Positions 29,373 through 38,794 of a DNA stretch of 40,235 nucleotides are shown here, piece after piece; position 1 is the stretch's first letter, and every line of letters starts with the position of its first letter. The notes beneath the pieces are model-generated. The model was not told where the DNA came from and ran no database searches. It saw only the letters and a list, made by a program, of their open reading frames with translations. Source of the DNA: Cyanophyceae cyanobacterium. Lineage in GTDB: Bacteria > Cyanobacteriota > Cyanobacteriia > Cyanobacteriales > JBHJGN01. Both the position numbers and the translations under genes were made by a program. The stretch spans positions 1-40,235 of the forward strand of contig JBHJGN010000032.1 of assembly GCA_050331735.1 (NCBI GenBank), read 5' to 3'.

Positions 29373-31070
29373 TCATTGCTTACCTCGTTCGCTATTTTTT
29401 CGATACCGTGTTTCCTGTAGAACGTTGCCTATTCCTAGGATAACGCCTCGACCCACTAAACCAATTCCTTTACCAATGACCTCAGTCAGCACATAAATTA
29501 AACCCCGACCGACGAAATCGACAACCGCTTGTAGACGAGGAGCGAGTGCATCTCTCGCCTCTAACGCCATCGTGACTATCCAGGGAATCCCCTGCAGTTG
29601 ATTCAGCTCGTTCTGCCGGGAGGCATAAACAAACGTTGTTTTGATCCCGCGATCGCTAAAATAAAACAGCCGATACTTGCTCTCAAAAATATCGGTCGGC
29701 GCTGCAAAATATTTTTCCTGTCGATACCGCCAAGACAAGTTGTTCCGAAACTTCGCGATCTCTCGGGATGAAACCAACTGCTCTTTATAAAGATTCTGAA
29801 CGTCTTCTGCCTCAAAGAAGTAATTTAAAATGACCTGCATGACCGCATCAGCAACGTGAATAACGAAATTCTCGACAATCAATTCGGCTCTTTCGTTTGC
29901 CTCCGGTGAGCCATGACGATAGGAAACATCATTGACTCTCAAAGATTCTTGAAAGAGAAAATAAGCCATTAGTTCTGTGATCCAAGGAATTTTATCGAGA
30001 AGTTCCTGTTGAATAAGAACTGCTTCTCTAAGCAAAATCTCCGTTAAATTTAACCGATTTCCCGCTGCCAACGAGGGGCAATTTTTGCTCAAAAAATTGA
30101 TAGTAGCAGTCTGCCACAGTTCCCGCAAAATCAGCGGCACTCTTTCTGGCAACTGCTCGGGCGTTACCTGTAAAAACCGTAACTCTGCTAAGTTTTCTTG
30201 GAGCTGGTTAACAATTAGATATAGTAATTCCTGTTTTTTTTGGTGCTGAAGAATATCGATTTCTAAAGGAACTCCGGTGAGGTTTTGTATATCTGACTGG
30301 ATTTTTTCTAGAGTATGATTAAACGCTGATTCTGTTTCAATCTTAAAGCCGCCGGATCCTCTTCCGGAGGTGTTTTGAGTCGTCAGCTCAGCAGCAGCCG
30401 GAACAACAGGCACTAGGCCTGGTGTTTCTTCTAGTTCTACAGGCAGAAGCTGACTGACAACCCAGCGAGCTGCCAGCAGCTCTCTTTTCCTACCGCTCCA
30501 GAATAGCCAGTCAACTAGAGACAGTTGGGCATTGTGGAGATGATGCTCTATCTCTGACAAGCTACGACTAATCTGTTGTAAACCAGACTGCCCGGTGCTG
30601 ATCAGCCAGGTTTGTTTGGGTTGGCGTAACGGCTGCAATGGGTAAGCGGCGGCAAGGGCTGAGATTTGCCAGTAAGTGTCTCCTGATGCCACCTGGCGCA
30701 AAGCAGACACTAATTCGTCGACAGATATCCCTTTCGGGCAATAGCCCCGTATTCCCAAAGTCTGAACTATTCTGAGCTGCTGCGGATTGGGAGTCGTGCT
30801 CAGCAGGAAAACAGGAAGTTGAGGATGTTCGTCAACGAGCTGAGCTAGCTCTTCCAACACTAAAGTGCCGCCAACGCCGGCCAAAACAATTAAATCAGAG
30901 AATTGCTGTTCTAAAATTGCTAATGCCGCCGCCGCTGTATCGGTTTGAGCAATGACCTGGAAATCGCCGTATTCTTCTAAAGCTGAACTCAGCCCAAGTC
31001 GGAAGATCGGGTCGTGATCGATAACAAGGATGCTAGTCGAACGCTCGGATTGTTGCTGGTCGCTATTCAT
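29373..31070 (-). CDS. ycf55: Ycf55-like protein (pseudo-receiver plus DUF3685)
   Basis: N-terminal receiver-like domain (ILVIDHDPIFRLGL...GYCPKG) without the phospho-Asp; GRKRELLAARW, PLEIDIL, SREIAKFRN, LEARDALAPR. Confidence 0.88.
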   Translation of the reverse strand: MNSDQQQSERSTSILVIDHDPIFRLGLSSALEEYGDFQVIAQTDTAAAALAILEQQFSDLIVLAGVGGTLVLEELAQLVDEHPQLPVFLLSTTPNPQQLRIVQTLGIRGYCPKGISVDELVSALRQVASGDTYWQISALAAAYPLQPLRQPKQTWLISTGQSGLQQISRSLSEIEHHLHNAQLSLVDWLFWSGRKRELLAARWVVSQLLPVELEETPGLVPVVPAAAELTTQNTSGRGSGGFKIETESAFNHTLEKIQSDIQNLTGVPLEIDILQHQKKQELLYLIVNQLQENLAELRFLQVTPEQLPERVPLILRELWQTATINFLSKNCPSLAAGNRLNLTEILLREAVLIQQELLDKIPWITELMAYFLFQESLRVNDVSYRHGSPEANERAELIVENFVIHVADAVMQVILNYFFEAEDVQNLYKEQLVSSREIAKFRNNLSWRYRQEKYFAAPTDIFESKYRLFYFSDRGIKTTFVYASRQNELNQLQGIPWIVTMALEARDALAPRLQAVVDFVGRGLIYVLTEVIGKGIGLVGRGVILGIGNVLQETRYRKNSERGKQ

Positions 31071-31212
31071 TGATTGGTAAGACCAATTCCCGCAGAGCTT
31101 TTATCGTATCCTCATTGTAGGGTGGAAACGCTTAGCTCTCCTGTTTCCATCTAACTTAATGATGACGTTAGGGGAAAGTGAATCAGACTGAAAAGAGTTC
31201 GCTGCCTTGTTT

Positions 31213-31680
31213 CTAAATCTCCGCTTCTTGATCAATAGCGCGATCGCCCTCCCTGTAGCCGTAAAAATCGATGCGATACTCAGAAATTTTGACTCCCGTT
31301 TCCGCTTCAATTTTTTCGATGACTGCTGACGGTAGCTCTACGTGAACGTCAATAATCTGTTTTGTATCGAGGCAGTTGACGTGGCTATGCGTGTCGTTGA
31401 TGTTACCATAAAGCCTGCCATCACAGCGTTCGACGCATTCGATTACACCCTGACTAGAAAGGGCTTCTAAGTTCTGATAAACCGAGGTATGCCCAATCGT
31501 TTTTCCTTGCTGATTGAGGCGATCATAAATTTCCCGGGCCGACAAGTGCTCCTGCGCTTGCCAAAGCAGCTCCAATATATATCGGCGCTGACGGCTCAGC
31601 CGCATTCCTAATTCCTGGCAGCGGTGAACGGCATCCTCTAAGGAGCGAATTGGTTTTACTGATGCCTCTTGGTAATTCAT
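31213..31680 (-). CDS. furC: Fur family regulator, FurC/PerR type
   Basis: KPIRSLEDA, GMRLSRQRR, HLSAREIY, IGHTSVYQNL, HSHVNCLDT; closely resembles Anabaena FurC as I recall it. Confidence 0.88.
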   Translation of the reverse strand: MNYQEASVKPIRSLEDAVHRCQELGMRLSRQRRYILELLWQAQEHLSAREIYDRLNQQGKTIGHTSVYQNLEALSSQGVIECVERCDGRLYGNINDTHSHVNCLDTKQIIDVHVELPSAVIEKIEAETGVKISEYRIDFYGYREGDRAIDQEAEI

Positions 31681-31935
31681 GGTTGAGGCTTTAACTAATA
31701 CAATACAAACTCATTACCACTTTAACCTAGTTCAGCTAAAAATGTCCACTTTTGTACTAACCAGGGCTCAAGCTTGAAGCAATTTCTTCTACCAAAAGAA
31801 AGAGTTATCAAAAAATTCGGCAGTTCTCTAGTTGAAGCTAGCTCATTGGGAACGAGAGCGTCAGAGCCTTGGGGTGAGGCTGTAAATTCGGGCGCGACTT
31901 CCCGTCAGGTTACTGTCGCTTGTAGACAACTTGAA

Positions 31936-32370
31936 TCATGATTCCTTGAGAGTTTCAAGCTGTTGCTCAAGTTCTGCCGTTTTCTTTTCCAGCACAGTAA
32001 TGCGCTCTTTAAGTTCAATGGCGAGCGTTGCCAACCGTTGAACTATCGGATCGCTGCGCCCTATGATTTGACCATCGACAACTTGTGGAGGACTGGCGGT
32101 TGGATCGGGAGAAGGAACTGGACGAGGAGAACGTGGCTCGATGCGTGAAGGTTCGGGCTGCCTACGTTGTCGAATCTGACGCAAACGACGAACTTCGTTT
32201 TCTAGCAAATTTACTCGCGTTCTTAAATTAAGGAGTTCAGAAGATGTTCTCGCCGATTGAGCAACAACTGGTTCTGTTTTCTGCCAGTAAATCCGTCCTC
32301 CAACGAGGAGGACAACGAGCAAGCCAAGACATAGCTTCACAATTGGTCGGCGTAGCCAATCAGAATTCAT
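31936..32370 (-). CDS. Hypothetical membrane-anchored coiled-coil protein
   Basis: N-terminal TM helix, two heptad regions around a Pro-rich linker, RLATLAIELKER. Confidence 0.8.
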   Translation of the reverse strand: MNSDWLRRPIVKLCLGLLVVLLVGGRIYWQKTEPVVAQSARTSSELLNLRTRVNLLENEVRRLRQIRQRRQPEPSRIEPRSPRPVPSPDPTASPPQVVDGQIIGRSDPIVQRLATLAIELKERITVLEKKTAELEQQLETLKES

Positions 32371-32459
32371 CGCAAACTTGAGGAAGGGTAAAAGAAAAGC
32401 TCTTTGCTAACTATTATTCTGACAAGAAAAATGATTGTTTGTCCTTAAAATCTAAGGGG

Positions 32460-32612
32460 CTATGGCATTTTTCCTACTGATGAGTTTCGCAACTTAACCC
32501 CCTCTCGAATTTGCTCAGAAGGATGAAGAATCACGACTTGTCCTTCTGCTAACCCCCCCTCGACAACGGCTTCAAAATCGCTGCGCTGGCCTATCTCGAG
32601 CTTTGCTTGCTT
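32460..32612 (-). pseudogene. C-terminal remnant of an efflux membrane-fusion (HlyD/MacA-like) protein
   Basis: LEIGQRSDFEAVVEGGLAEGQVVILHPSEQIREGVKL matches the MFP C-terminal 'G...EV..GL..G..V' pattern. The rest of the gene is absent. Confidence 0.65.
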
Positions 32613-32785
32613 CCCCACTGGTGTAGCGGCTGAGAAATCGTGCTGAGAAACAGTGGATGATAGTGGTTTCTCTACACTCGACTTCGGACGACGGGACATC
32701 TAGCTTGAGCCTAGACAATAAATTTGAGAAACTTGTGAGCAGAGGATAATACCAATTAGAAAAAGTAATAGGAGACTTGATGAGT

Positions 32786-32804
32786 TGGGGGAAAGGGGAA
32801 AGGG
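32786..32804. repeat. GGGGAAA heptamer-type repeats (STRR-like)
   Basis: GGGGGAAAGGGGAAAGGGA. Confidence 0.5.
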
Positions 32805-33094
32805 AAGCACAGCAGCTCTTTGCCCTTGAACCTTCAATTGTTGGTTAGTTTGGGAACTATCTGACTACTTTCGGTAAATGGGATAAGCTGTTGTTGCTGC
32901 CAACCGAGGCTTTAGAGTCTGCTGCGAAGAAGCGATCGCCCAACAATTCTGAGCAACCGGGAGCCGAGTTCTGACGCGTCAGTTGAGCGGCTTCACAAGT
33001 TCCTCAAAATGTTTGTTTACGCTGAAGAAGCGCTCGAAAAAGTAGTCAACGGCAAATCTCAAGCGCAGAGTGAAGCAACAACCCAACAGCACAC

Positions 33095-35398
33095 ATGGTC
33101 CTCAAGCAGCGTTTGCGGATTACTCTCCAGGGAATCGTACAGGGAGTCGGATTTCGTCCGTTTGTCTATCGGCTGGCGACCGAATTGGGGCTAGTGGGTT
33201 GGGTCAACAATTCTGCTCAAGGCGTTACCATCGAGGTGGAGGGTCACACCATTCAACTAGAAATCTTTCTCCGCCGCCTCGAGAAGGAAAACCCGCCTCC
33301 CTCGGTCATTCACCGTTTACAGTCTTCCTGGCTCGCTCCGACTGGCGATAACACCTTTAAGATTCGCCCGAGTACCTCGGGAAAAAAAACAGCGCTGCTC
33401 CTCCCGGATCTAGCAACCTGTGCTGACTGTCTGCGGGAAATATTTGACCCGAGCAATCGTCGCTATCGCTATCCGTTTACCAACTGTACCCACTGCGGAC
33501 CCCGATTCAGCATTATGGAAGGGCTGCCCTACGACCGCTCTCAGACCACGATGAAGCATTTTCAGATGTGCGATCGCTGTCAGGAAGAGTACAACAACCC
33601 CCTCGATCGCCGCTTCCACGCCCAGCCCAACGCCTGTCCCGCCTGCGGTCCTCATCTCGAACTTTGGAACGGGTCCACCAAGCTTGCCTCACGCGATGAG
33701 GCTTTACTGATGGCGGTCCAGGCAATTCGTCAAGGAAAAATCGTGGCGATTAAAGGACTGGGAGGCTTTCATTTGGTTGTTGATGCTGGCAATCTGGAAG
33801 CGGTGAGGCGACTGCGCAACCGCAAAGGACGACCAGAGAAGCCGTTGGCTTTGATGTATCCTTCCCTGGAGCTGATTGAGGCTCACTGCCAGGTTTCCGC
33901 CCTAGAAGCGCAGCTATTATGCTCGCCCCAAGCCCCGATTGTCCTCCTCAGAAAAAAAAACCAAGGAGGCTTTTGCCAAGCGGTGGCGCCAAAAAATCCC
34001 GGCTTAGGCGTGATGCTTCCCTATACGCCCCTGCACCACCTACTGATGGCAGAACTAAGCTCTCCAGTGGTTGCCACCAGCGGCAATTTAACAGATGAAC
34101 CCATTTGTACTGACGAACGTACAGCCCCGGCAAGATTGGGAAACCTGGCCGACCTTGTTCTCCTCCACAATCGCCCGATTGCCCGATCCGTTGATGACTC
34201 GGTGGTGCGAGAGATGGCAGGACGAGAACTGGTGCTGCGTCGCGCTCGTGGCTATGCTCCTTTGCCCGTTTTTTTAGGCTCTCAGTCTTTCCAAGGGACC
34301 GTTTTAGCCGTCGGCGCTCAGCTAAAGAATGCGATCGCATTAGGAGTGGAGCAACAAGTCATCCTGAGCCAGCACATTGGCGATCTGGAAACCGTCCCAG
34401 CATTTGAGGGATTTCAAAACACGATCAGGGACTTTCAGCACCTGTACGAACTCACGCCATCGGTCGTTGCCGCGGATGCTCATCCTCACTATCTTTCAAC
34501 CCAAGAGGCTCAACGGTCGGGCATTCCCACCGTAGTCGTGCAGCATCACTATGCCCACATTCTTTCCTGTATGGCCGAAAATCGGCTCTTGGAAGATTGC
34601 TCCTTCCCTGTACTAGGGATTGCTTGGGACGGGACTGGCTACGGACTCGATGGCACAATTTGGGGAGGAGAGTTTCTCCTCGTTACCCAGAGCTCATTTG
34701 AGCGAGTCGCCCATTTGCGCCCCTTGCGTCTGCCGGGTGGAGACAAGGCTATCAAAGAACCGAGACGGTCTGCCATCGGATTACTCTACGAACTTTTTGG
34801 AGACGAACTGTTTGAACTAAAATTACCGCTTTTACAAACCTTTACAGAGCGCGAACTCAGCATTCTGCAAACGATGCTGCAAAGACAGCTCAATTCACCT
34901 CTCACGTCGAGTGCTGGGCGCTTGTTTGATGCCGTCGCTGCTATGACAGGAATTTGTCAGCAGACAACCTATGAAGGGCAGGCCGCCATAGCGTTAGAAT
35001 TTGCTGTGTCAGGATACAGAACAGAGCAACGTTATCCGTTCGAGCTGCGGAGTCGCCTCCATAGGAACCGCAAACTGCCCGCGGTCGTTGATTGGGAAAC
35101 GACAATCCGAGCCATTCTTTTCGATCTAGAACAAGGTTTGCCAAGAAACGCGATCGCCACTAAGTTTCATAACACTTTAGTAGAGACGATCGCGGCAGTG
35201 GCAAAACGAGTTGGACAAGAATGCATTGTCCTCTCAGGTGGCTGCTTTCAAAACCAGTACTTAACAGAACGAGCCATTAAGCATTTGCAAGAGGAGGGAT
35301 TTCATCCCTACTGGCATCGGCGCGTTCCGAGCAACGATGGCGGAATTGCTTTGGGTCAAATTACGGCAGTTTTGAGAAACAGAAGTCGCGAGGATTAA
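33095..35398 (+). CDS. hypF: Carbamoyltransferase HypF ([NiFe]-hydrogenase maturation)
   Basis: GIVQGVGFRPF, two CxxC-x18-CxxC zinc fingers, KGLGGFHL, TSGN, SQHIGDL, QHHYAH, NDGGIALGQ. Confidence 0.98.
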   Translation: MVLKQRLRITLQGIVQGVGFRPFVYRLATELGLVGWVNNSAQGVTIEVEGHTIQLEIFLRRLEKENPPPSVIHRLQSSWLAPTGDNTFKIRPSTSGKKTALLLPDLATCADCLREIFDPSNRRYRYPFTNCTHCGPRFSIMEGLPYDRSQTTMKHFQMCDRCQEEYNNPLDRRFHAQPNACPACGPHLELWNGSTKLASRDEALLMAVQAIRQGKIVAIKGLGGFHLVVDAGNLEAVRRLRNRKGRPEKPLALMYPSLELIEAHCQVSALEAQLLCSPQAPIVLLRKKNQGGFCQAVAPKNPGLGVMLPYTPLHHLLMAELSSPVVATSGNLTDEPICTDERTAPARLGNLADLVLLHNRPIARSVDDSVVREMAGRELVLRRARGYAPLPVFLGSQSFQGTVLAVGAQLKNAIALGVEQQVILSQHIGDLETVPAFEGFQNTIRDFQHLYELTPSVVAADAHPHYLSTQEAQRSGIPTVVVQHHYAHILSCMAENRLLEDCSFPVLGIAWDGTGYGLDGTIWGGEFLLVTQSSFERVAHLRPLRLPGGDKAIKEPRRSAIGLLYELFGDELFELKLPLLQTFTERELSILQTMLQRQLNSPLTSSAGRLFDAVAAMTGICQQTTYEGQAAIALEFAVSGYRTEQRYPFELRSRLHRNRKLPAVVDWETTIRAILFDLEQGLPRNAIATKFHNTLVETIAAVAKRVGQECIVLSGGCFQNQYLTERAIKHLQEEGFHPYWHRRVPSNDGGIALGQITAVLRNRSRED

Positions 35399-35401
35399 AA
35401 T

Positions 35402-35623
35402 ATGTGCTTGGCCGTTCCTGGAAAGCTACTCTCAATTACCGAGGGCGATTCCCTTTTAAGGATGGGGAAAGTGAGCTTTGGTGGTGCGATCAAAGAAGTA
35501 AGCCTTGCCTATGTCCCTGAAGCTGAAAGTGGCGATTATGTTGTGGTTCACGTTGGTTTTGCTCTGAGCATTCTCGATCGACAAGAAGCAGAAAAAACTC
35601 TCAAGGATCTTCAACAACTTTAG
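35402..35623 (+). CDS. hypC: Hydrogenase assembly chaperone HypC
   Basis: MCLAVPG...GDYVVVHVGFA. Confidence 0.97.
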   Translation: MCLAVPGKLLSITEGDSLLRMGKVSFGGAIKEVSLAYVPEAESGDYVVVHVGFALSILDRQEAEKTLKDLQQL

Positions 35624-36054
35624 CTCTCCGCCTCCCGACGAGATCACATAAAGTCGAATAAGCGGAGAGCCAATTGTTAATTTGCCTAGAGTTGCTAATC
35701 GCTCCCCAGAAAGCGATCGCCTTGACTATGAGGCAGTTTGGCAGATTCACTTTCTTCCCAGAATGGTGGGAAGCTCCGCTGCCTTGAAACGGCCACCAGC
35801 TCACAGAGCAATCGCTCAAGTCCTGCTCACCAACAAGCTGAAGCTCAAAGCCAATCTGAGCGCTACCCTTAAAAACTGACTAGAAGAAACTCTCGGCTTG
35901 CTTGATGAGATAGAGCTGGACGCTGCGAGATTTCTCCAACCGCATTGGTTCTCTCGCCCAAACTCCAGGCACTACTGACAACGGCACGGACGTGGTAGAG
36001 TGGATCACGGGAGAGTAGATTTGGCACAAGCAACCAGAATTGGCGGTTGGCGCT

Positions 36055-37059
36055 ATGCGAACGATGATTTTTGAACAGGTGGGTCAACCGCTGCGAGAAG
36101 CTGACCGCCCTATTCCCAAACCAAAACCAGAACAGATCCTATTACAAGTACAGGTCTGTGGAGTGTGTCGCACTGACTTGCACATTGTTGATGGCGACCT
36201 AGCTCAACCTAAGCGGCCTCTGATATTAGGTCATCAAATTGTGGGGACGGTGGTAGAGACCGGACGGAAAGCCACAAAATTTTCCGTGGGAACGCGGGTC
36301 GGAGTCCCGTGGCTAGGACAGGTCTGTAACCGTTGCCGCTATTGTGTAGCGGGGCGAGAGAACTTGTGTGATCGCGCCCTCTTTACCGGATACGATCTTA
36401 ATGGCGGGTATGCTGAATATGCCGTGGCCGACGAACGCTTTTGCTTTGCTATTCCCAAAAGCTTTTCCGACCTCCAGGCAGCACCTTTGCTATGTGCCGG
36501 ATTAATCGGCTATCGTGCTTACCGTATGACGCAGGAGGCACAACGGCTTGGCTTCTATGGCTTTGGTGCCGCCGCTCATATTCTAATTCAGATCGCAAAT
36601 TATCAGCAGCGACAGGTCTATGCGTTTACTCGTCCTGGGGATACTTCAGGTCAACAGTTTGCCCGCCGTCTTGGGGCAGTTTGGGCTGGGGGGAGTAACG
36701 AAGCTCCGCCAGAGGAGTTAGATGCCGCGATTGTTTTTGCGCCGGTCGGAAAGCTGGTGCCCGCCGCGCTATCGGCCATTGCCAAAGGTGGCACCGTTGT
36801 ATGTGCGGGCATTCACATGAGCGATATTCCCAGCTTTCCCTATCACCTTCTCTGGGAGGAACGAGAGTTGCGTTCGGTTGCCAACCTGACTCGCCAAGAT
36901 GGGGAAGAATTCTTGTCTTTAGCCCCCCAAATCCCTGTTCATACTGAGGTGACGGCTTTCCCGTTAGCAGAAGCCAATGAAGCGATCAATGCTTTACGCA
37001 CTGGCAAGATTAATGGGGCGGCAGTGTTGGTTGTAGACGAGCTGAAACATCGGGGTTAG
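36055..37059 (+). CDS. Zinc-dependent alcohol dehydrogenase family protein
   Basis: CGVCRTDLH, GHQIVG, CxxCxxC...C structural zinc, GFYGFGAAA. Start placed at ATG 36055. Confidence 0.93.
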   Translation: MRTMIFEQVGQPLREADRPIPKPKPEQILLQVQVCGVCRTDLHIVDGDLAQPKRPLILGHQIVGTVVETGRKATKFSVGTRVGVPWLGQVCNRCRYCVAGRENLCDRALFTGYDLNGGYAEYAVADERFCFAIPKSFSDLQAAPLLCAGLIGYRAYRMTQEAQRLGFYGFGAAAHILIQIANYQQRQVYAFTRPGDTSGQQFARRLGAVWAGGSNEAPPEELDAAIVFAPVGKLVPAALSAIAKGGTVVCAGIHMSDIPSFPYHLLWEERELRSVANLTRQDGEEFLSLAPQIPVHTEVTAFPLAEANEAINALRTGKINGAAVLVVDELKHRG

Positions 37060-37128
37060 TCGTTAGCGCCCGTGCTGAACAACTAACCACACACGAACCC
37101 AGACCGATGCCGATCTGATGCTGCCAGA

Positions 37129-37692
37129 TTAGTCGTCGTATAGAACAATCGGCGCGTTCGGAGCGATCACGACGACGCGATCGGCGGTGATGTTACCCAC
37201 GGCTGCCCCGGCTGCTGCCCCACCTAGAATTTCGCCGACGTCCGCATCGCCAAACACTTCGCCGATAATCGTGCCCCCGGCTGCACCGATGGCGGCGTCT
37301 TCGGCGATCGCACCCAAAGAAATATCTCTGGGGTCTTTGACATCCTCTAGGACAGGAGAACTGGCACTAATCCGATAGCTGTAGCTGTCGTAGGTGACGG
37401 CTTCGGCCAGATAGCGCAGCCCTCCTTGAGCAGGCACATACTTGCCAACGATGGTAGCCCCAGCCGGAATAGCGATGCCGTCGATGGCTCCCCGTTCTGC
37501 TGCAACCAAATTGTAGGCATAGGTGCGATCGTTGTTGAGGTAGAGCGTTTCTGACTGGGAACTCGTTGCGCTAATCGAGCGCTCTTGGGCTCCAACCGCT
37601 GGAGATAGCCCCCAACTACTTAAGGTAAGAGCCAGTGCTGTCCAAAGAGCGCGGTTCAAGATGTGGAGTTGATGGCGTTTTGTCTTGAACAT
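37129..37692 (-). CDS. Secreted hypothetical protein with C-terminal glycine-zipper helices
   Basis: Signal peptide; IPAGATIVG beta region; GAIAEDAAIGAAGG...GGAAAGAAVG. Confidence 0.75.
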   Translation of the reverse strand: MFKTKRHQLHILNRALWTALALTLSSWGLSPAVGAQERSISATSSQSETLYLNNDRTYAYNLVAAERGAIDGIAIPAGATIVGKYVPAQGGLRYLAEAVTYDSYSYRISASSPVLEDVKDPRDISLGAIAEDAAIGAAGGTIIGEVFGDADVGEILGGAAAGAAVGNITADRVVVIAPNAPIVLYDD

Positions 37693-37826
37693 ATCTATTC
37701 ATTTACGCCTCCTATCGTTATTCAAGCAGTCGCTAAATAAAACAATTTTAGGAGTCGATACTCGCGGTGGCTTTTTCGGTTTGTAAAACTGTTTAAGAAT
37801 AGCCTCATTCTTTTGAGAATTAGTCA

Positions 37827-38132
37827 TCATCGCTCTCCAGAGAGGCTTTCCCCGGACTGAATGATGGGCAAGAAAACGTCCTCCCTCGGCTCAAAGAATT
37901 GTTCTTGCCTGTCGCTCACGTCATCTGGAAGCGTCAGCAGTTCGCTGCTTCGCGAGACGACTGGGGCTGCTTTACGCTGTTCGCCATCAGCCGCTTGTTC
38001 GTAAGTTGACGTGATGAAGTAAACGCGGTTGCCTTCCTGATGCGAGTCAAAGCTCCAAATCGTTTGGCTGTGGCTAGGAAGTGTGACTAACAGCGTTAGC
38101 CCTAGGGTGAATAGTGGTAGTAATGGTTTCAT
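37827..38132 (-). CDS. Small secreted hypothetical protein
   Basis: MKPLLPLFTLGLTLLVTLPSHSQ signal peptide; GGGGGTGA RBS-like sequence upstream. Confidence 0.65.
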   Translation of the reverse strand: MKPLLPLFTLGLTLLVTLPSHSQTIWSFDSHQEGNRVYFITSTYEQAADGEQRKAAPVVSRSSELLTLPDDVSDRQEQFFEPREDVFLPIIQSGESLSGER

Positions 38133-38357
38133 CGAGTATCACCCCCTTACTTCAATTATAGACAATAACTAAGCCTCTCGGAGCATCTCCACCGCTAGCT
38201 GATTGATTGGCTGCTCAGTCTAGACGATTAGCGAGTGGCTGATTTCAGATAATGGTGTACTTCTTCACTCATCTGGATGAGGTTGGGGACTCTCTTTGTC
38301 CCTAAGCAATTTTCAACGCTCTAATTGTTGAGAAGCCTAACGAGCGAGAGTTTGAGG

Positions 38358-38612
38358 CTAGATCGATTTGACACTCTCTTTGAGGTGCTGCTTCTTCGGG
38401 AGACGATAAACGATCCGCCCTTTGGTCAAGTCATAGGGAGATAGTTCTACCTTGACGCGATCGCCAACCAAAATCTTGATATAGTGATGGCGAAGACGAC
38501 CAGAAAGATAAGCCAAGACTTCAAGGCTGTTGTCTAACTTGACTTTGAACATGGCATTGGGCAAGGACTCAGTGACGACTCCTTCGATGGCAATTAAATC
38601 TGCTTCAGCCAA
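38358..38612 (-). CDS. infA: Translation initiation factor IF-1 (orphan, divergent copy)
   Basis: [47 protein letters not shown] start preceded by AGGAGG. Confidence 0.92.
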   Translation of the reverse strand: MAEADLIAIEGVVTESLPNAMFKVKLDNSLEVLAYLSGRLRHHYIKILVGDRVKVELSPYDLTKGRIVYRLPKKQHLKESVKSI

Positions 38613-38794
38613 AACTCTGACCTCCTGAACTTGTCTGATGCTGACTTCATCCTAGAAACCATTTATGAGGATCTTGTGAAGCGAGACGATTTCCGGTTGA
38701 AGGGTGGGACGCGAGCGCCGAGGTTTCTAAGATGAGTGGTTGGTCATGAGTAGAAATCAGGTTTTATTAAAAGTTTTGGCATAACACCCTAAGT

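Noticed and set aside
35682..36087. Short ORFs after hypC as possible hypD remnants
   Set aside because: No HypD motifs (CGGQTH, GPGCPVC) in the frames I read.
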